A model generated the notes under the pieces. That model did not search any database and was not told the DNA's origin. It worked only from the letters and a program-made list of their open reading frames with translations. A stretch of DNA of 64,000 nt, taken from contig CAWJZV010000046.1 in NCBI GenBank assembly GCA_963847445.1, forward strand, positions 256,001 through 320,000. The letters are read 5' to 3'. Made by a program: the position numbers and the translations under genes. The stretch is from an uncultured delta proteobacterium. GTDB taxonomy: Bacteria > Desulfobacterota > Binatia > UBA9968. Positions 31,801 to 44,087 of this stretch are shown piece by piece; position 1 is the first letter of the stretch, and each line of letters begins with the position of its first letter.

Positions 31801-34800
31801 GAGGGCGTGAAGAAGGTCACTGATCTCAACGGCAATACTCTGACCTTCGGTCCCAATGGCATCACGCATTCGTCAGGCAAGGGCATAACCTTTACCCGTG
31901 ATCCAGAGGGGCGGATCACGCAGATTACCGATCCTGCGGGCAACATCCGCACCTATGCTTACGATGTTAATGGCGACTTGATCAGCGCTACCGATCAAGT
32001 AGGGAATGTCGCCCGATATAAATACAACCGCAGTCATGGATTGATCGACATTATGGACCCGGCGGGCAATCATGCCGCGCGAAATGAGTACGATGCTAAC
32101 GGACGGTTGATCGCGACTATCGATGCCAATGGCAATCGCGTTGAATTCACCCACAATTTGAACAGCTCGCAGGAAATTGTACGAGATCGCCTCGGTAATG
32201 TGACGGTGTTCGAGTACGACGCTGCGGGTAACGTCGCGTCCAAGACGGACGCGCTGGGTAATCGCACGACATACACCCACGACAGTCAGGGTAACCAACT
32301 TACCGAGACCGATCCGCTCGGGCGGACTGCCAGTAATACGTACGACGCTCGACGCAACGTGCTCACCCGCAGGGACTTTGACGGTAATTCGACGACCAAC
32401 ACCTACAATGCCCTGAATCAGGTGCTAGTAACCACAGACCCTGAAGGGCGGACGATAACCAATATCTACGACGCGAAGGGTAACCTCACGCAGATTACTG
32501 ATCCGGAGGGCGGGGTTACGCGGCATACCTACGACGCCGCAGGCAATCGCCTCACGACAACCGACCCGTTGGGAAACGTGACCCGAAGCACGTACAACGC
32601 TTTTGGCAACAAGACATCAGAGATCGATCCCGTCGGGACGCTGACCACTCTTACCTACGATACAAGTGGCAACGTTCTGTCGAGCACCAAGGCCGGCACG
32701 CATACCACGCAGTTCCAGTATGACGCCGCGGCGCGCCTGATCAAGCTCATCGACGCACTCGGTCAACAAGTCATCACAACTTACAGCCTAGCGGGTGATG
32801 GTAAAAAACCCGCATCGGTCACCGACGCCAGGGGACAGGTCAGGGCCTTGGATTACGACGCGCGCGGAAATCTTATTCGCACGGCGTATTCTGACGGATC
32901 CGCGGACACCACCGCTTACGACGCCGAGAATCGCGTCGTAAGCAAAACTGACCGAGACGGCCGGTCGACCTCATTCGAGTACGACGCGCTCGGGCGCCAG
33001 ACCAAGAACATCAATCCGGATGGGACGTCGAGCACTAAGACGTACGATGCGGTTGGGCGGGCGGTCACGCAAATGAACGAACGAGGAAGTGTCACAACGT
33101 ACACTTATGCGCCTAACAAACAAACGGTGACGGATGCGATCGGCAACGCGACGGCGCATGAGTTCGATAGCAAGCGGCGGCGGATCAAGGCAACCGACGC
33201 GCTCGGGAATGTGGTACGGTTCGTCTACGACAGCGTTGGCAACCTTTTGACAACCACTTTTCCCGACGGTACGGCCAAGATCACGTCTTACGACGCTGCG
33301 AAGCGCAAGATAGCAGAAACGGATCAAGCGGGGCGGGTAACCCAGTTCGCATACGATGCAGTCGCGCGTTTAGTCCGCGTCACGGACGCCGCAGGAAGTA
33401 TCATTGCCTACACATACGATGCGCTTGGGAATCGGATCAGCCAAACAGATGCCAATAACCATACTACCCAGTTGACTTACGATTTGCTGGGTCGCGTGAT
33501 TAAACGCACGCGGCCACTCGGCCAATTCGAGACGTTTACCTACGACGCGAACGGCAACCAACTCTCTCATACCGACTTCAACGGCCAGGCGATTTCATAC
33601 ACCTATGACGCAAACAACCGGCAGGTCGCCAAAATACTACCGGGAGGGACCGTCGTTTCCTTTGCATACACGCCAACGGGACTTCGGACAGCGGCTGGTG
33701 GAGATACATACGTCTATGACGCAATGGCCCGGTTGGTCCGAGAGACCAAAGCAAATGGCGATATCCTTACCTACACCTACGATCCTGCGGGTAATCGCAG
33801 CTCGGTTACGACGCCGCAAGGAACGACGACGAGCACCTATGATGCGCTCAATCGCTTAGCAACCGTCGTGGATACTACAACCGGCACGACCAGCTACGGG
33901 TACGATGCTGTGGGCAATCTGGCATCGACCACGTATCCGAATGGGGTGACGACTACCTACGCCTACGATAATCTCAATCGCCTCAACCAGATGATTAATA
34001 GTGGCCCAAGCGGCTTGATTTCATCGTACAGCTATACGCTTGGCGCAGCGGGAAATCGTCTGCAAGTTGTCGAAGCGGGGCCGGCGACGACAGGGCGCAC
34101 GGTGTTCTATAGCTACGATAGCGTCTACCGCTTGACACAGGAGGTTATCGACGAACCGGGCGCGGCCAATGACCAGACCATTGCCTACACCTACGACGCG
34201 GTAGGTAATCGCACGCTGATGAATCGTAGCGGTGTCAGCACCGCCTACACTTATGACGCCAACGATCGCCTGCTCACCGAGGCGAGTCCTGCAGGAACTT
34301 TCACGTCGACTTTCGATGCCAACGGCAACCTCAAGACTCGTGGCAACGGGACGAGCACGGATTCCTACACTTACGACGCTGAGAACCGACTCGTGAGTGC
34401 GAATGTCCAGACCGGGGCCAATCCTGGCTCGGTGAGTTATACCTACGATGCCGACGGTATGCGCACTAGCAAGACTGCCGGTGGCATCGCCACTGCGTTC
34501 CTGCTGGACAAGAATCGGCAGTATGCCCAGGTGCTGGTGGAAAGCACGGCTAGCGCTACGGTCACTTACAGCTACGGCCACGGTCTCATCAGCCAGACAC
34601 GACCAGGGACAGGCGCACGCTTCTATCAATACGATGGACAACTTTCGACCAGGCAGCTGACCAACACAACTGGCGGCGTAACCGATACCTACAGCTATGA
34701 TGCGTTTGGAGTGCTGCTGAGCTCAACTGGATCAACACCAAATCTTTACCTATACACCGGCGAGCAACTTGATCCGAATGTTGGGTTCTACTACCTGCGT

Positions 34801-35493
34801 GCTCGCTACTACAACCAGGCGACGGGGCGGTTCATCTCAACCGATCCAGAAGAGGGCAATATTTTCGATCCGGTCTCCTTGCATCGATATCTCTATGCCA
34901 ATTCCAATCCCGTCACCAATTGGGACCCGTCCGGACGATCTATTTTGGCTGAGCAACTATTGGCGATTGCGTTGCGCGGAGCGTTATATGGTGGGCTTTC
35001 GGGTGTTGCTGTCTCACTTTCATTCACTTTAGGGAGGGGTGAAACTCCAACAGTTGGCGGGGTCCTGGTTGCGTTTGGAACAGGAGCATTCTTTGGCGCT
35101 ATTTCCGCGGTTTTTGGACCAGGGACAGGAATTGCGGCGGCAAGCGTTCCGACACTCATTACTGCGATATTGCGTACGGCTGTGAGCATAATCGAGATTC
35201 ACAAAACCAGGAACGTTTACATCAGCGACGTTGAGCTTCAAGCTTTAGCTTATTCCCCTTTGACCTTAACATCCGGTACAGCGATCGACGCGGGAGCCAG
35301 CGGAACAAAAGAGGGCGCTTTCCTCGTGCTGGTAGTGGCGGCGTTTAATTTCATAGCTGGATTCTCGACAAAGCAGTTTTCGGAGTTTGTCAAAGAGCCG
35401 ATTCTGGGGAGATCGCCAAATTCGGAGTCCGTCTTCTGGTATAAGGAGAATAAGTATCCACAGCCGATTAAAGAGATCCTTGCTGCTTTCTAA
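25846..35493 (+). CDS. giant (about 3200 aa) secreted Rhs/YD-repeat protein: signal peptide, beta-propeller, cadherin/He_PIG Ig repeats, FG-GAP, 2 PASTA, Big_2, YD shell, C-terminal tip; split by three frameshifts
   Basis: Contiguous fragments 25846..28509, 28334..31360, 31263..31670, 31528..35493; NRAPVAVND, PxGMTI repeats, DLDGDGxPEI, VPNVVGQTQAAA, YDxxGR repeats, YTGEQLD..YYLRARYY..NPVTNWDPSG. Confidence 0.9.
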
Positions 35494-35505
35494 CAAGAGA
35501 GGACG

Positions 35506-35973
35506 GTGGGACTTGACAGGCTGTATGAATCTGAGTTTCCTATAGATGTTTCGACATCAATGGAAGTGAACTGGCGTGCCCTAACTCTGGCCTTCGTTCT
35601 CATCGCTTCGAGTGCTCCATCGTCGCAAGCGCAACATCATCCGCTGGTCGGCACCTGGCGGTCTTCCGCGGTCACTCAGGCCGGCGAGCAGCAGGTGGAA
35701 ATCGTGATTCAAGCCAACGGGACCTATAGCCAACAGTGGCGCGGTCGGAACATCTTGAATACCTACACCGGTCGGTGGCGGGTGATGGATGGTGGGATCG
35801 TCCGCTTCGACATCGATGACTGGCAGCCCAAAGAGTGGTGCGGGCCTCTCGGCTGCACCAAGATCCTGCGCCCTCCAGGCACTACGGCTCGCATCCAATT
35901 TCAGGGAGCGAACCGCTTCCGAGCGACGCCCATGGATGGCAGCGCGAGTTTAGTCTATCAACGGGCGGGCTAG
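35506..35973 (+). CDS. small exported protein (lipocalin-like LVGTW motif) downstream of Rhs; possible immunity or accessory protein
   Basis: Signal peptide ending SQA, PLVGTWR, C-x4-C; the true start may be the second Met. Confidence 0.6.
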   Translation: MGLDRLYESEFPIDVSTSMEVNWRALTLAFVLIASSAPSSQAQHHPLVGTWRSSAVTQAGEQQVEIVIQANGTYSQQWRGRNILNTYTGRWRVMDGGIVRFDIDDWQPKEWCGPLGCTKILRPPGTTARIQFQGANRFRATPMDGSASLVYQRAG

Positions 35974-36117
35974 ACGACATTCGTTCGCCATGGAGCGGTA
36001 TCGTCCTCAGCGGGAGAGCAGGTCCCGTCTATTTTCAAAGCATAAGCAGGTGATCCATTATACCTCTGCTCGAGCGGCAGACGTTTAGCGGTTCCCCTGT
36101 GGTTACTTTTGCGACCG

Positions 36118-36896
36118 CTATTTGCTAGCGATTTTAGGTTTCAGGTCATCGAAGCTGCCGCCGAAGTAGGAGACGTTGTGAAATGCTTCCTTGGCAATAG
36201 CCTCAGTCGCGGCGCGGGCTTGAGCGCCGTCCTTGCCAAAAACGATGATGCGCGTGTTGTGGTCCTCCATCGGTAATCGACCATCGTCCCTTTGCCTTCT
36301 TTACATCTGCAATTGTGACGTTGCGCGCTCCCGGAACGCTCCCGGCCTTGAACTCTTCGGGGCCGCGAGCGTCAAGAAACACGGCTGTCTTGTCCTTCTC
36401 AAGGACGTAGATCACGCCCGCAAGCTCTATTTCGGTAACACCGACCAGCGCACGCCACACGGGAATGCCTAGCTGATAGCGCCGCACGTTGGTGTATCCA
36501 GCAGCGATCAGTTCCTCTGAAAGTCGTTTGCTTTTACCGCAGAAAGGTCCGTTGCAATATAACACAATGGGCGCAGACTTATTGTTTCCATACGACGCGC
36601 CCGACCTCCGTGACATCAGACACGTACAGCGAGATCGGGACCCCCGGCTTTTCAGAAACATTGACCGCGCCGGGAATATGGCTCATGGAATACTCCATAA
36701 GTGGCCGGGCGTCGAACACCGTAGCGCTCTTCTCCGCAAGGATCTTACGGAGATCGCTGGTTGACACCTCAGGGGCCTTTTGACCGGACTCCATCAAAGT
36801 GGTCTCGTAGACGGTCGCCGGCGACTCGGCGTTGGCGCAAGTCACGACTGCGCCCAGTGCGAGCAAAAATATTATTTGGAAAAGCGTCGTTTTCAT
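36118..36896 (-). CDS. exported tandem rhodanese-domain protein; frameshifted
   Basis: FDARPLMEY..SHIPGA, VLYCNGPFCGKS, GYTNVRRYQLG, FLDARG..GSVPGA. Confidence 0.85.
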
Positions 36897-37066
36897 GGTC
36901 TTAGATTCCTTTTCGTGAATTGAGTTTAACAGCCACTCATTTTGCTCTCTCTCACTACTTAATCGTCTCCCGCATACATGTTTGCTCCTCCCTATCATTT
37001 GGTAAAAATTGCCACCTCTTGTACCTCGGCGTTCGGTATGCAATGAGCCTAATCAGAGAGCTGCGG

Positions 37067-37110
37067 AAAGTCCCAAAAAAAGTCCAAAGAAATTCCAAAA
37101 TGTTTCCAGA
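37067..37110. promoter_or_regulatory. four 11-bp phased direct repeats (candidate winged-helix binding boxes)
   Basis: aaagtcccaaa / aaaagtccaaa / gaaattccaaa / atgtttccaga; CCA at 37073, 37084, 37095 and 37106. Confidence 0.7.
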
Positions 37111-37130
37111 AGTTTCGTTCAGGTCCGGAC

Positions 37131-40077
37131 ATGCAGGAAGAACAACAATCGTTTTTTGGTCCGTTTCGGCTGGATCCAACTAACGAATGCCTTTGGCGTG
37201 GAAACAAAGAGATTCGGCTACATCCGAAAGCCTTTGTGTTGCTACGCTATCTCGTGGATCGCCGCGGTCAAATGGTGACGAAAGAGTCTCTGTTGGAGAC
37301 GCTCTGGTCGGCGGTCAACGTCACCGAAGCGGTCTTGTCGGTCTATGTTGCGGAAATTCGGAAAGCTCTCGGTGAGGACCCAAAGAAGCCCACGTTTATC
37401 GAGACACTGCACCGTAGGGGCTATCGCTTCATTGCCCCCGTCACTATTTCCCATCGGCCAGAGGCAAGTCAGAGTACGGCCGGCAGCGAGGCATTGATAA
37501 GACCGATCATGTGTGAAGCGGCTACGGTCATCGGCGCTGAGCCGATCATCGGCCGTGAAAAAGATCTATCCTTTTTGCTGGAAAAATTGGAAGCGGTGCT
37601 GCACGGGACGGGAAGCGTTGTGTTCACCACCGGTCCGGCAGGCATCGGAAAGACCCGGCTGGTACGAGAGTTCCGACATCACGCAGTGCGCTGTGGCTTC
37701 CAATGGTTCGGAGGCAAGTACGAAAAAGCTGGAAACCATCCCTATTCGGTCTGGGTAGACATGCTGAAGGGATATCTCCAGCAACGGGACGCCGCATCGC
37801 TGCGCATGCTCATGGGCCCATACGTAACGGAGCTGGCAGGCATCGTCCCTGAAGTGATGCCGCGAGAGAATGGCACCTCAAAGGTCGCGCCACAAGACTC
37901 GGGAATTGAACAGAAGCCGCCCTACTTGAGGCATGGACTCATTTTCTGGTCCAAATTTCCCGGGAGGCACCGCTTGTGCTTTTTCTCGATGATGTGCAAT
38001 GGGCAGGCTCTCTGGAGCTACTGCATCATCTGGCGAGCAACATAGGAAACCAACGGGTTCTCGCGCTGGTTGCTTATCGGGATGAGGAACTAAAGATGAA
38101 TCCGAGCCCGTGGAAGACGGTTCTCGCGATGAACCGGGAGCGGCTTTTTCATCCGCTTTCTTTGGATCCTCTCGATCAAAAAGAGGTGGCGCAGTTAATA
38201 TCGCAGAAGGTCGAAAAGACCATTGCTCCCAACCTCGTTGACGTCATCTATCAGAGGACCAGGGGGAACCCGTTTTTTGTGGAGGAAATTGTACGACTCC
38301 TCCATGAGCGAAAAGTCATAGTCGATACCGAGGCAGGCTTGGATTTGAGAGAATCGGCATCGTTAGAGATGCCCGAGTCTGTGAAAACAGTGATTAACGA
38401 ACGCGTTGAGAGGCTTGGGAAGAATGCAGTGGAGTTGCTTCGAATGGCCTCGGTCATTGGACGGGAGTTCCCATTGCGCGTGCTTGAAGAGTTCGCAGGC
38501 GAGCAGGAAGAGGAACTCATTGGCGTGATGGACCGCTGCGAAGGGTACGGGCTAGTCCACTCAATATCGGGAGTGGGAGAAGAAAAGTACGCCTTCACAC
38601 ACGACTTATTGCAGGAGGCTCTCTATGAGAGTATCGGCCCCGCGAGACGACGGCGTTACCATCTGCGAATAGCGCAAGTCATCGAAAAGCTCTATGCTTC
38701 GCGACTGGAAAACAGGTATGAGAGTCTGGCCTACCATTTCCGAGAGGGCAACAGCTTAGAAAATGCTGCTATCTATTCTCATCGAGCGGGTGTAAAAGCA
38801 GCGTCACATTTCGCCTACCGGGACGCGCTGCTGTACTTTGAGCAAGCTCTTGGGGCGCTCGAACATCTGCCCGAGGGTCGACACAAGTTGGAGCAAGCCA
38901 TCGCTATTCGGATTGACCGTGGCCCTGCGCTTATCGCCCTTGGAGGTTATTTGGCCCCAGGGGTGGAAGAAAACTACACCCAGGCGGGAAAACTGTGCGA
39001 GCAATTGGGAGAGACCACTCAACTTTTCCCGGTCTTATGGACGCTATCACGAATCCGTAACTGGCGGGGTCAATTGCCGGCAGCAAGGCAGCTAGCGGAA
39101 CAACTGCTTTCGCTTGCCCGGCGCGAACAGGACTCGCTTCGGCTATTGGAGGCCCATCACACGCTATGGGCGATCTTGCTGGACATAGGTGAGTTGGCCT
39201 CGACCAAGGACAACGCAGAGCAAGGCTTTATGCTGTACGATCGCGTGCGCCACGGGCAGCTCGGTTCCGTATACCGGCGGGCATGACGCAGGGGTGTGCT
39301 CGCGAATCCATGCGGCGAAGGCCGTATGGTTACTTTGGCTACCCGGATCAAGCTTTGCAGATAATCGAGGGCGCGCTGATCATGGCAACGGAGCTGTCCC
39401 ATCCGTACAGTTTATGGTTGGCCCTGATGGCAGCTATTTGGATACATCATCAACGCGGGGACAGGCAGGCTGCTCAGGACCGAGTGGAAAACTTGCGGGT
39501 GCTAGCGACGGAACAGGCGCATCGACGCTGGATAAGGACAGCAACTTTCTTGCAAGGGTGGCTGATGGTCGAGCGGGGTCAATGGGAGCGGGGGATAGCG
39601 CAAATGCGCCAGGGCGAGAGTGAACTGGTTATAGAGGCGAGACAGCAGACTTACTACGCGACGCTGGTGGCGCAGGCCTGCCTCAAAGGTGGGCAAACCG
39701 AACAGGCTCATAGTGTTCTGACCAAAGAGCTAGAAAGAGTTCGCGATACTGGGGTTCGTTACTACGAGGCTGAATTACATCGAATAAAAGGAGAGGTGCT
39801 GTTACGGCGCTCAGCTTCGTCTCGAAATGAGGCAGAGACGTGCTTTCACACGGCTATCGATTTGTCCCACGACCAAGGGACCAAGTCATTGGAGCTCCGG
39901 GCAATAATGAGCCTGAGTGATCTATGGCAAAAACAGGGGAAAAAAGAAGAAGCCCGGCAAATGCTTCAGGATATTTACGGTTGGTTCACTGAGGGTTTTG
40001 ACACGGCAGATCTCAAACAGGCCAAACAGCTCCTGAATGTGTTTTCCGGACGAACCCGACTCCCGGCTCCGGAGTAA
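37131..40077 (+). CDS. OmpR/PhoB-type wHTH + AAA_16 ATPase + TPR transcriptional regulator; frameshifted
   Basis: FGPFRLD..EIRKALGE..IETLHRRGYRF, GPAGIGKT, LDDVQWA, RTRGNPFFVEE, AELHRIKGE, ELRA..YGWFTEGFDTADL. Confidence 0.92.
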
Positions 40078-40431
40078 TGTCAGAAATAAGCGGTAATTCA
40101 TTATCCGAACGGAGGTTCAGCTGCGCGAGTTGTTCGCTTGTTCAGGAGGACGGAAAAAGAAACCGCGGAGGCATTGTTACTTAAAAATCTACGCGGTGAA
40201 CGCCGCGACCGTTCCTTTTGGTCGCTGAGAACTTTGAGATTTTGGGAGTTACGACTAAAGAATCAGTTCGAAAAAAAAATTGCGGATGATCGCGCTCTTT
40301 GTCGTTCGTAATTGGGGCCAGTCCTTCATTTCTTCAAATTTCTCTCTGAAATTCTTTTTCGAACACTAAACCTAACCGCTACACCGGCACACGCCACGCG
40401 TCCAGTGTTTCGCAAGATTTACATTTTGTCG

Positions 40432-41223
40432 CTATGAGTTTGAAGGTAATAACCGATGTGTGATTTCGTAAAGCCAAGGATCGTTCTCAATTAGACGCGA
40501 AAAGTTTGAAAGCACTAATTTTTCGACTCTCTCCGGCGTCGATTGCCGCAATTCGGCCACCGTTTTCACAACATCGATAATCGCCTCTGGCATACCGATC
40601 TCGTCGTTTTTCTTCAACCACTTGAGCGCGCCGGGATTGTCCGTTTCGGTGAGCAATAGATGATCCGGCACCGCCTTGGCGATGTCTTTGATGTAGTCGG
40701 AATAAAGCACTTCGACGCCGATGGTAAAGTAACAGCCGAAGTCGATCATCGCTGCTAGAACATCCATCGGTCCGGAGTACCAATGGATGATCGCGCGGCG
40801 GACGTCATATTTTACAAGCAAGTCGAGGATTTCTTTTTCGCCGGCTTTGGTGTGCAGATTGACGAACTTGTTCTGCTCGCCGGCCGCGGCGATGAAGTAT
40901 TCCAAGACTTTTCTCTGCGCGGGATAGGTTGTCGTGTCCTTCACCCAGTGGAGATCCAGGCCGATCTCGCCGATGGCGGGGCTACTCTCGATATAGCGGC
41001 TGAGTTCCGGCAAACGATCGGCGTACTCAGCGGCGCGCCGGGGATGGATACCGAAGGTGGGCAGAACCAGTTCAGAGCGCTCGCCGATCTTTTGCAGCTC
41101 CAGGTACGATGGCAAATCCATCGCCGTGGCGACGGTAAAGATTTGCTGCTCGGCGATCTGCTGCAGAGCGCGATCGAGTAGAGCGCCGTATTTGTCTAAA
41201 TGAACATGGGCGTCGATGAGCAT
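40432..41223 (-). CDS. tatD: TatD family DNase
   Basis: IDAHVHL, GIHP, AIGEIGLD, LH, IIHWYSG, LLTETD. Confidence 0.9.
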   Translation of the reverse strand: MLIDAHVHLDKYGALLDRALQQIAEQQIFTVATAMDLPSYLELQKIGERSELVLPTFGIHPRRAAEYADRLPELSRYIESSPAIGEIGLDLHWVKDTTTYPAQRKVLEYFIAAAGEQNKFVNLHTKAGEKEILDLLVKYDVRRAIIHWYSGPMDVLAAMIDFGCYFTIGVEVLYSDYIKDIAKAVPDHLLLTETDNPGALKWLKKNDEIGMPEAIIDVVKTVAELRQSTPERVEKLVLSNFSRLIENDPWLYEITHRLLPSNS

Positions 41224-41254
41224 GGTTGTTTCCGTTTCAGGCGAAGTAAAGTTC

Positions 41255-41362
41255 CGTCATGCCCGCGTACGCGGGCATCCAGGCCCGCCCTCGACCTGGA
41301 TACCGTTCTTCAACGGTATGACGGACATAGCCCGCCACCGTCCCGCGTTCGGGGGAATGACG
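41255..41362. repeat. REP-like palindrome, CGTCAT family
   Basis: cgtcatgcccgcgtacgcgggcatcca..ctggatacc..gtatgacg..gggaatgacg. Confidence 0.78.
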
Positions 41363-41564
41363 ATAGTGTGAAAGTCCGGCTGCGAGTCGACACTTATAAA
41401 ATTCCTCAGCGTTTAACCTAAAGGTTGTTCAATAGTACCGGCGATCATAGTTCTCGCCGTCTGTGTCCGCAAGCATGTGTAGTGAATCGCCTTGAGCCGA
41501 CGTAAAGCTGCGTGTATCATCCGGCGATGTTTGGTTATGTTTAGTTTATAAGGATAGAAACCGG

Positions 41565-42542
41565 ATGAATTTTCTTGTTGTCGTGTTGCTCTTGCTCGCC
41601 ACAGCGGTGCCTTGCCAAGCGCGCAAGGTGTCGGTGGGTATACCAGTCGTCGACGTGTCGCAGAGCGCGCTCTATGTCGCGCGCGACCGCGGCTATTTCC
41701 AAAAAGAAGGGCTCGAGGTCGAGCTTGTTTTGATGCGTGGCGGGGTGGCCAATCAAGCGCTGATTACCGGCAACGTTGATTTCACGACGGTGCCGACGGC
41801 GGCGCTGCAAGCGGGTCTGCAAGGGGCGCCGGTGAAGGTGTTGCTCAGCACTTTCCACAAGCCGATGTTCTGGCTTTACTCACGCCAGACGATTCGAACT
41901 CCCAAGGATCTGAGCGGTAAGAAAGTCGCGGTGTCGAGTTTGGGCGCGGCGGGAGATTCGGCGTTGCGCGAGTGGCTCAAGAAAAACGGCATGGATGAAA
42001 ACCGCGAAGTGGCGATCCTCGCCATCGGTACTACCGCGACGCGGCTTGGCTCGCTGGCCACCGGCGTCGTCGATGCCGCGATGATGACCTTCCCACATAA
42101 CATCACCGCCGGAGAGCAGGGTTTTCGCGAGCTGATGTCGTTCATCGGCTCGGACATCATTCAACTGCAAGGCGCCATCGTCACCCACGATGGCTTGCTA
42201 AAATCCGATCCGAGCTTGGTGGAGAAGTTTCTCCGGGCGACGATCCGGGGACTGATTTACTATTCGACCAATCGCAGCGGCGCGGTGTCGATTCTGGCGC
42301 GCAACGCCAGGTCGTCGGAAGATCTGGCGGGCAAAGTTTATGATCTGGTCAAACCGGCGCTGACTCCTGACGGGATTCTCAATGACGATTTGCAACGGCG
42401 GGTCATGAGTCCGCTCTTGGAGCGCGTCGGGCGTAAGGATGTTTCAATCGGGCGATTTTTCGACTTTCGCGTTAGCGCGGAAGATCAATGCGGAGTTAAA
42501 GGCCGGAGAAGCCTTAGAGATTGGTTTCAAAGGTTCCAATAG
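41565..42542 (+). CDS. ABC substrate-binding protein (NMT1/SsuA-like)
   Basis: Signal peptide; GYFQKEGLEVELV, DLSGKKVAVSSLG. Confidence 0.9.
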   Translation: MNFLVVVLLLLATAVPCQARKVSVGIPVVDVSQSALYVARDRGYFQKEGLEVELVLMRGGVANQALITGNVDFTTVPTAALQAGLQGAPVKVLLSTFHKPMFWLYSRQTIRTPKDLSGKKVAVSSLGAAGDSALREWLKKNGMDENREVAILAIGTTATRLGSLATGVVDAAMMTFPHNITAGEQGFRELMSFIGSDIIQLQGAIVTHDGLLKSDPSLVEKFLRATIRGLIYYSTNRSGAVSILARNARSSEDLAGKVYDLVKPALTPDGILNDDLQRRVMSPLLERVGRKDVSIGRFFDFRVSAEDQCGVKGRRSLRDWFQRFQ

Positions 42543-42552
42543 TTCCAGATGT

Positions 42553-43878
42553 TCAATTCATGACCAGGAAAACGGTGCTTTGATCTACTGCTGGTCCTCC
42601 TAGACTAGAGTCAGTTAGCTTTTTCTTCCAGTGCTCCTGCCAGTCGGCGCCGGCGGCGAGAACTTCGGATTCAACTGTGAGTTGCGGGAAGCGGTTGGCG
42701 TCGGGCGCGCGAATCACATGCGGGCCTTCGCGGCCGGCATCGACGTCGCGAATCGCACGCAAGAGCTGGCGGCGCGCGACGATGATGGCTTTGTCGCTGG
42801 GGCCAAGGAATTCCTTGCTGCGGTCGACGATCTCGCCGCACCCTTCGACGATGGCGACATCGTGGACGTTGAAGATCCGTCCCATGCCGGAGAAGCTCCA
42901 AGTCTTCATTGCCTCGCGGTCCTGCAGGTAGCGATTACTCTTGTTGCGTTTAGGCCGGTAGCCGGGGCCGAGCTCGTCTAATATTTCTCGATCGCGCTCG
43001 ATGTCGCGCTTGTTCCATGGGCGCGCTGCGGCGAAACACGAAGTCGTAGCGCCAATGGTGCGTGTCGTCGATGGGGACATGCCAGTAAAGATTGTAGCCG
43101 TCGCCCGACATCGGTCCCGGGATCGTCGCCTTGTTGGGAAACACGTAGTTGGTCACGCGAAAAAACGTCCGGCCGTCGACATCGCGCAGGGAGAAGATGC
43201 GCACGCCATAATCGGTCTCTTCGGCGTCGATGCGCGGCGCCATGTCGGCGTCGTAGAGCGCCAGCGGCAGCTTGCCGTCGTGCCGGTCACGGTGCGTTTC
43301 AAATTATCCGGCACGTTGGCTTGGCGGTGTAGATAGGAAACGTGGCTCGGATCGAGATTGCCTTCGTTAGCCTGAAAGAAATTGCATTCATGATAAAACT
43401 TGGAGACCAGCACATGACCGGCCGGCGCGACTAGCGGTTCGTAGTTGGGCAATAGCGGCGGCTCGCCCGGTCCCATGTAGGCGAAGATAGCTCCAGCGCG
43501 CTCTTGGCAGGGGTAGGCCGGATGGCGCACTTTCTCGCAAAAGCGCCGGTCCGGCGGCTCGCAGGGTTGCTCGATGCAGCGGCCTTTACGGTCGAACAAC
43601 CAGCCGTGGTACAGGCAGCGCAGGCCGCCATCTTCCACTCGGCCATAGCTCAAGTCGGCGCGCCGGTGCGAGCAGTATTGGCCGATCAAGCCGAGCTTGC
43701 CGTCGTTGCCGCGGAACAGAACCAGATCTTCGCTCATGACCTTGACCGGCAGCGGCGCGCCGTCGCTCGGCAGCTCTGCGACGAGGGCTACCGGGTGCCA
43801 ATGACGCCGCAATAAATTTCCTCCCGGCGTGCCCGGACCGGTGTGAGTGATTAGGTTGTTGTCTTCCTGGGAAAGCAT
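42553..43878 (-). CDS. Rieske non-heme iron oxygenase alpha subunit (phthalate 4,5-dioxygenase-like); frameshifted
   Basis: CSHRRADL..CLYHGW Rieske motif; EGNLDPSHVSYLH; VPIDDTH; HDVAIVE. Confidence 0.92.
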
Positions 43879-44087
43879 CTGGTCATTTCCGATTTTAACA
43901 TACGAGCCGTTTTTCGATCGTAGCAGGGGTTTTATCACCATTCCCGCATTGGTGGCAATCACTGTTGGTCTGCCGTCTTATGCACAGGCGTCTGGCGGTC
44001 GCGCCTTGCATTGTCGCGGAACAGGTTGGCAGAGGCGGTACGTCAATCGTCGAATAGAAAAGTGACGTGAGATGAACGGGGGTAGCT

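Noticed and set aside
25460-40430. Integrative element carrying the Rhs, rhodanese and regulator genes
   Set aside because: Composition looks somewhat different, but I found no integrase, tRNA or flanking direct repeats.
40078-40431. ncRNA in the AT-rich gap
   Set aside because: No recognisable family motif or convincing structure.
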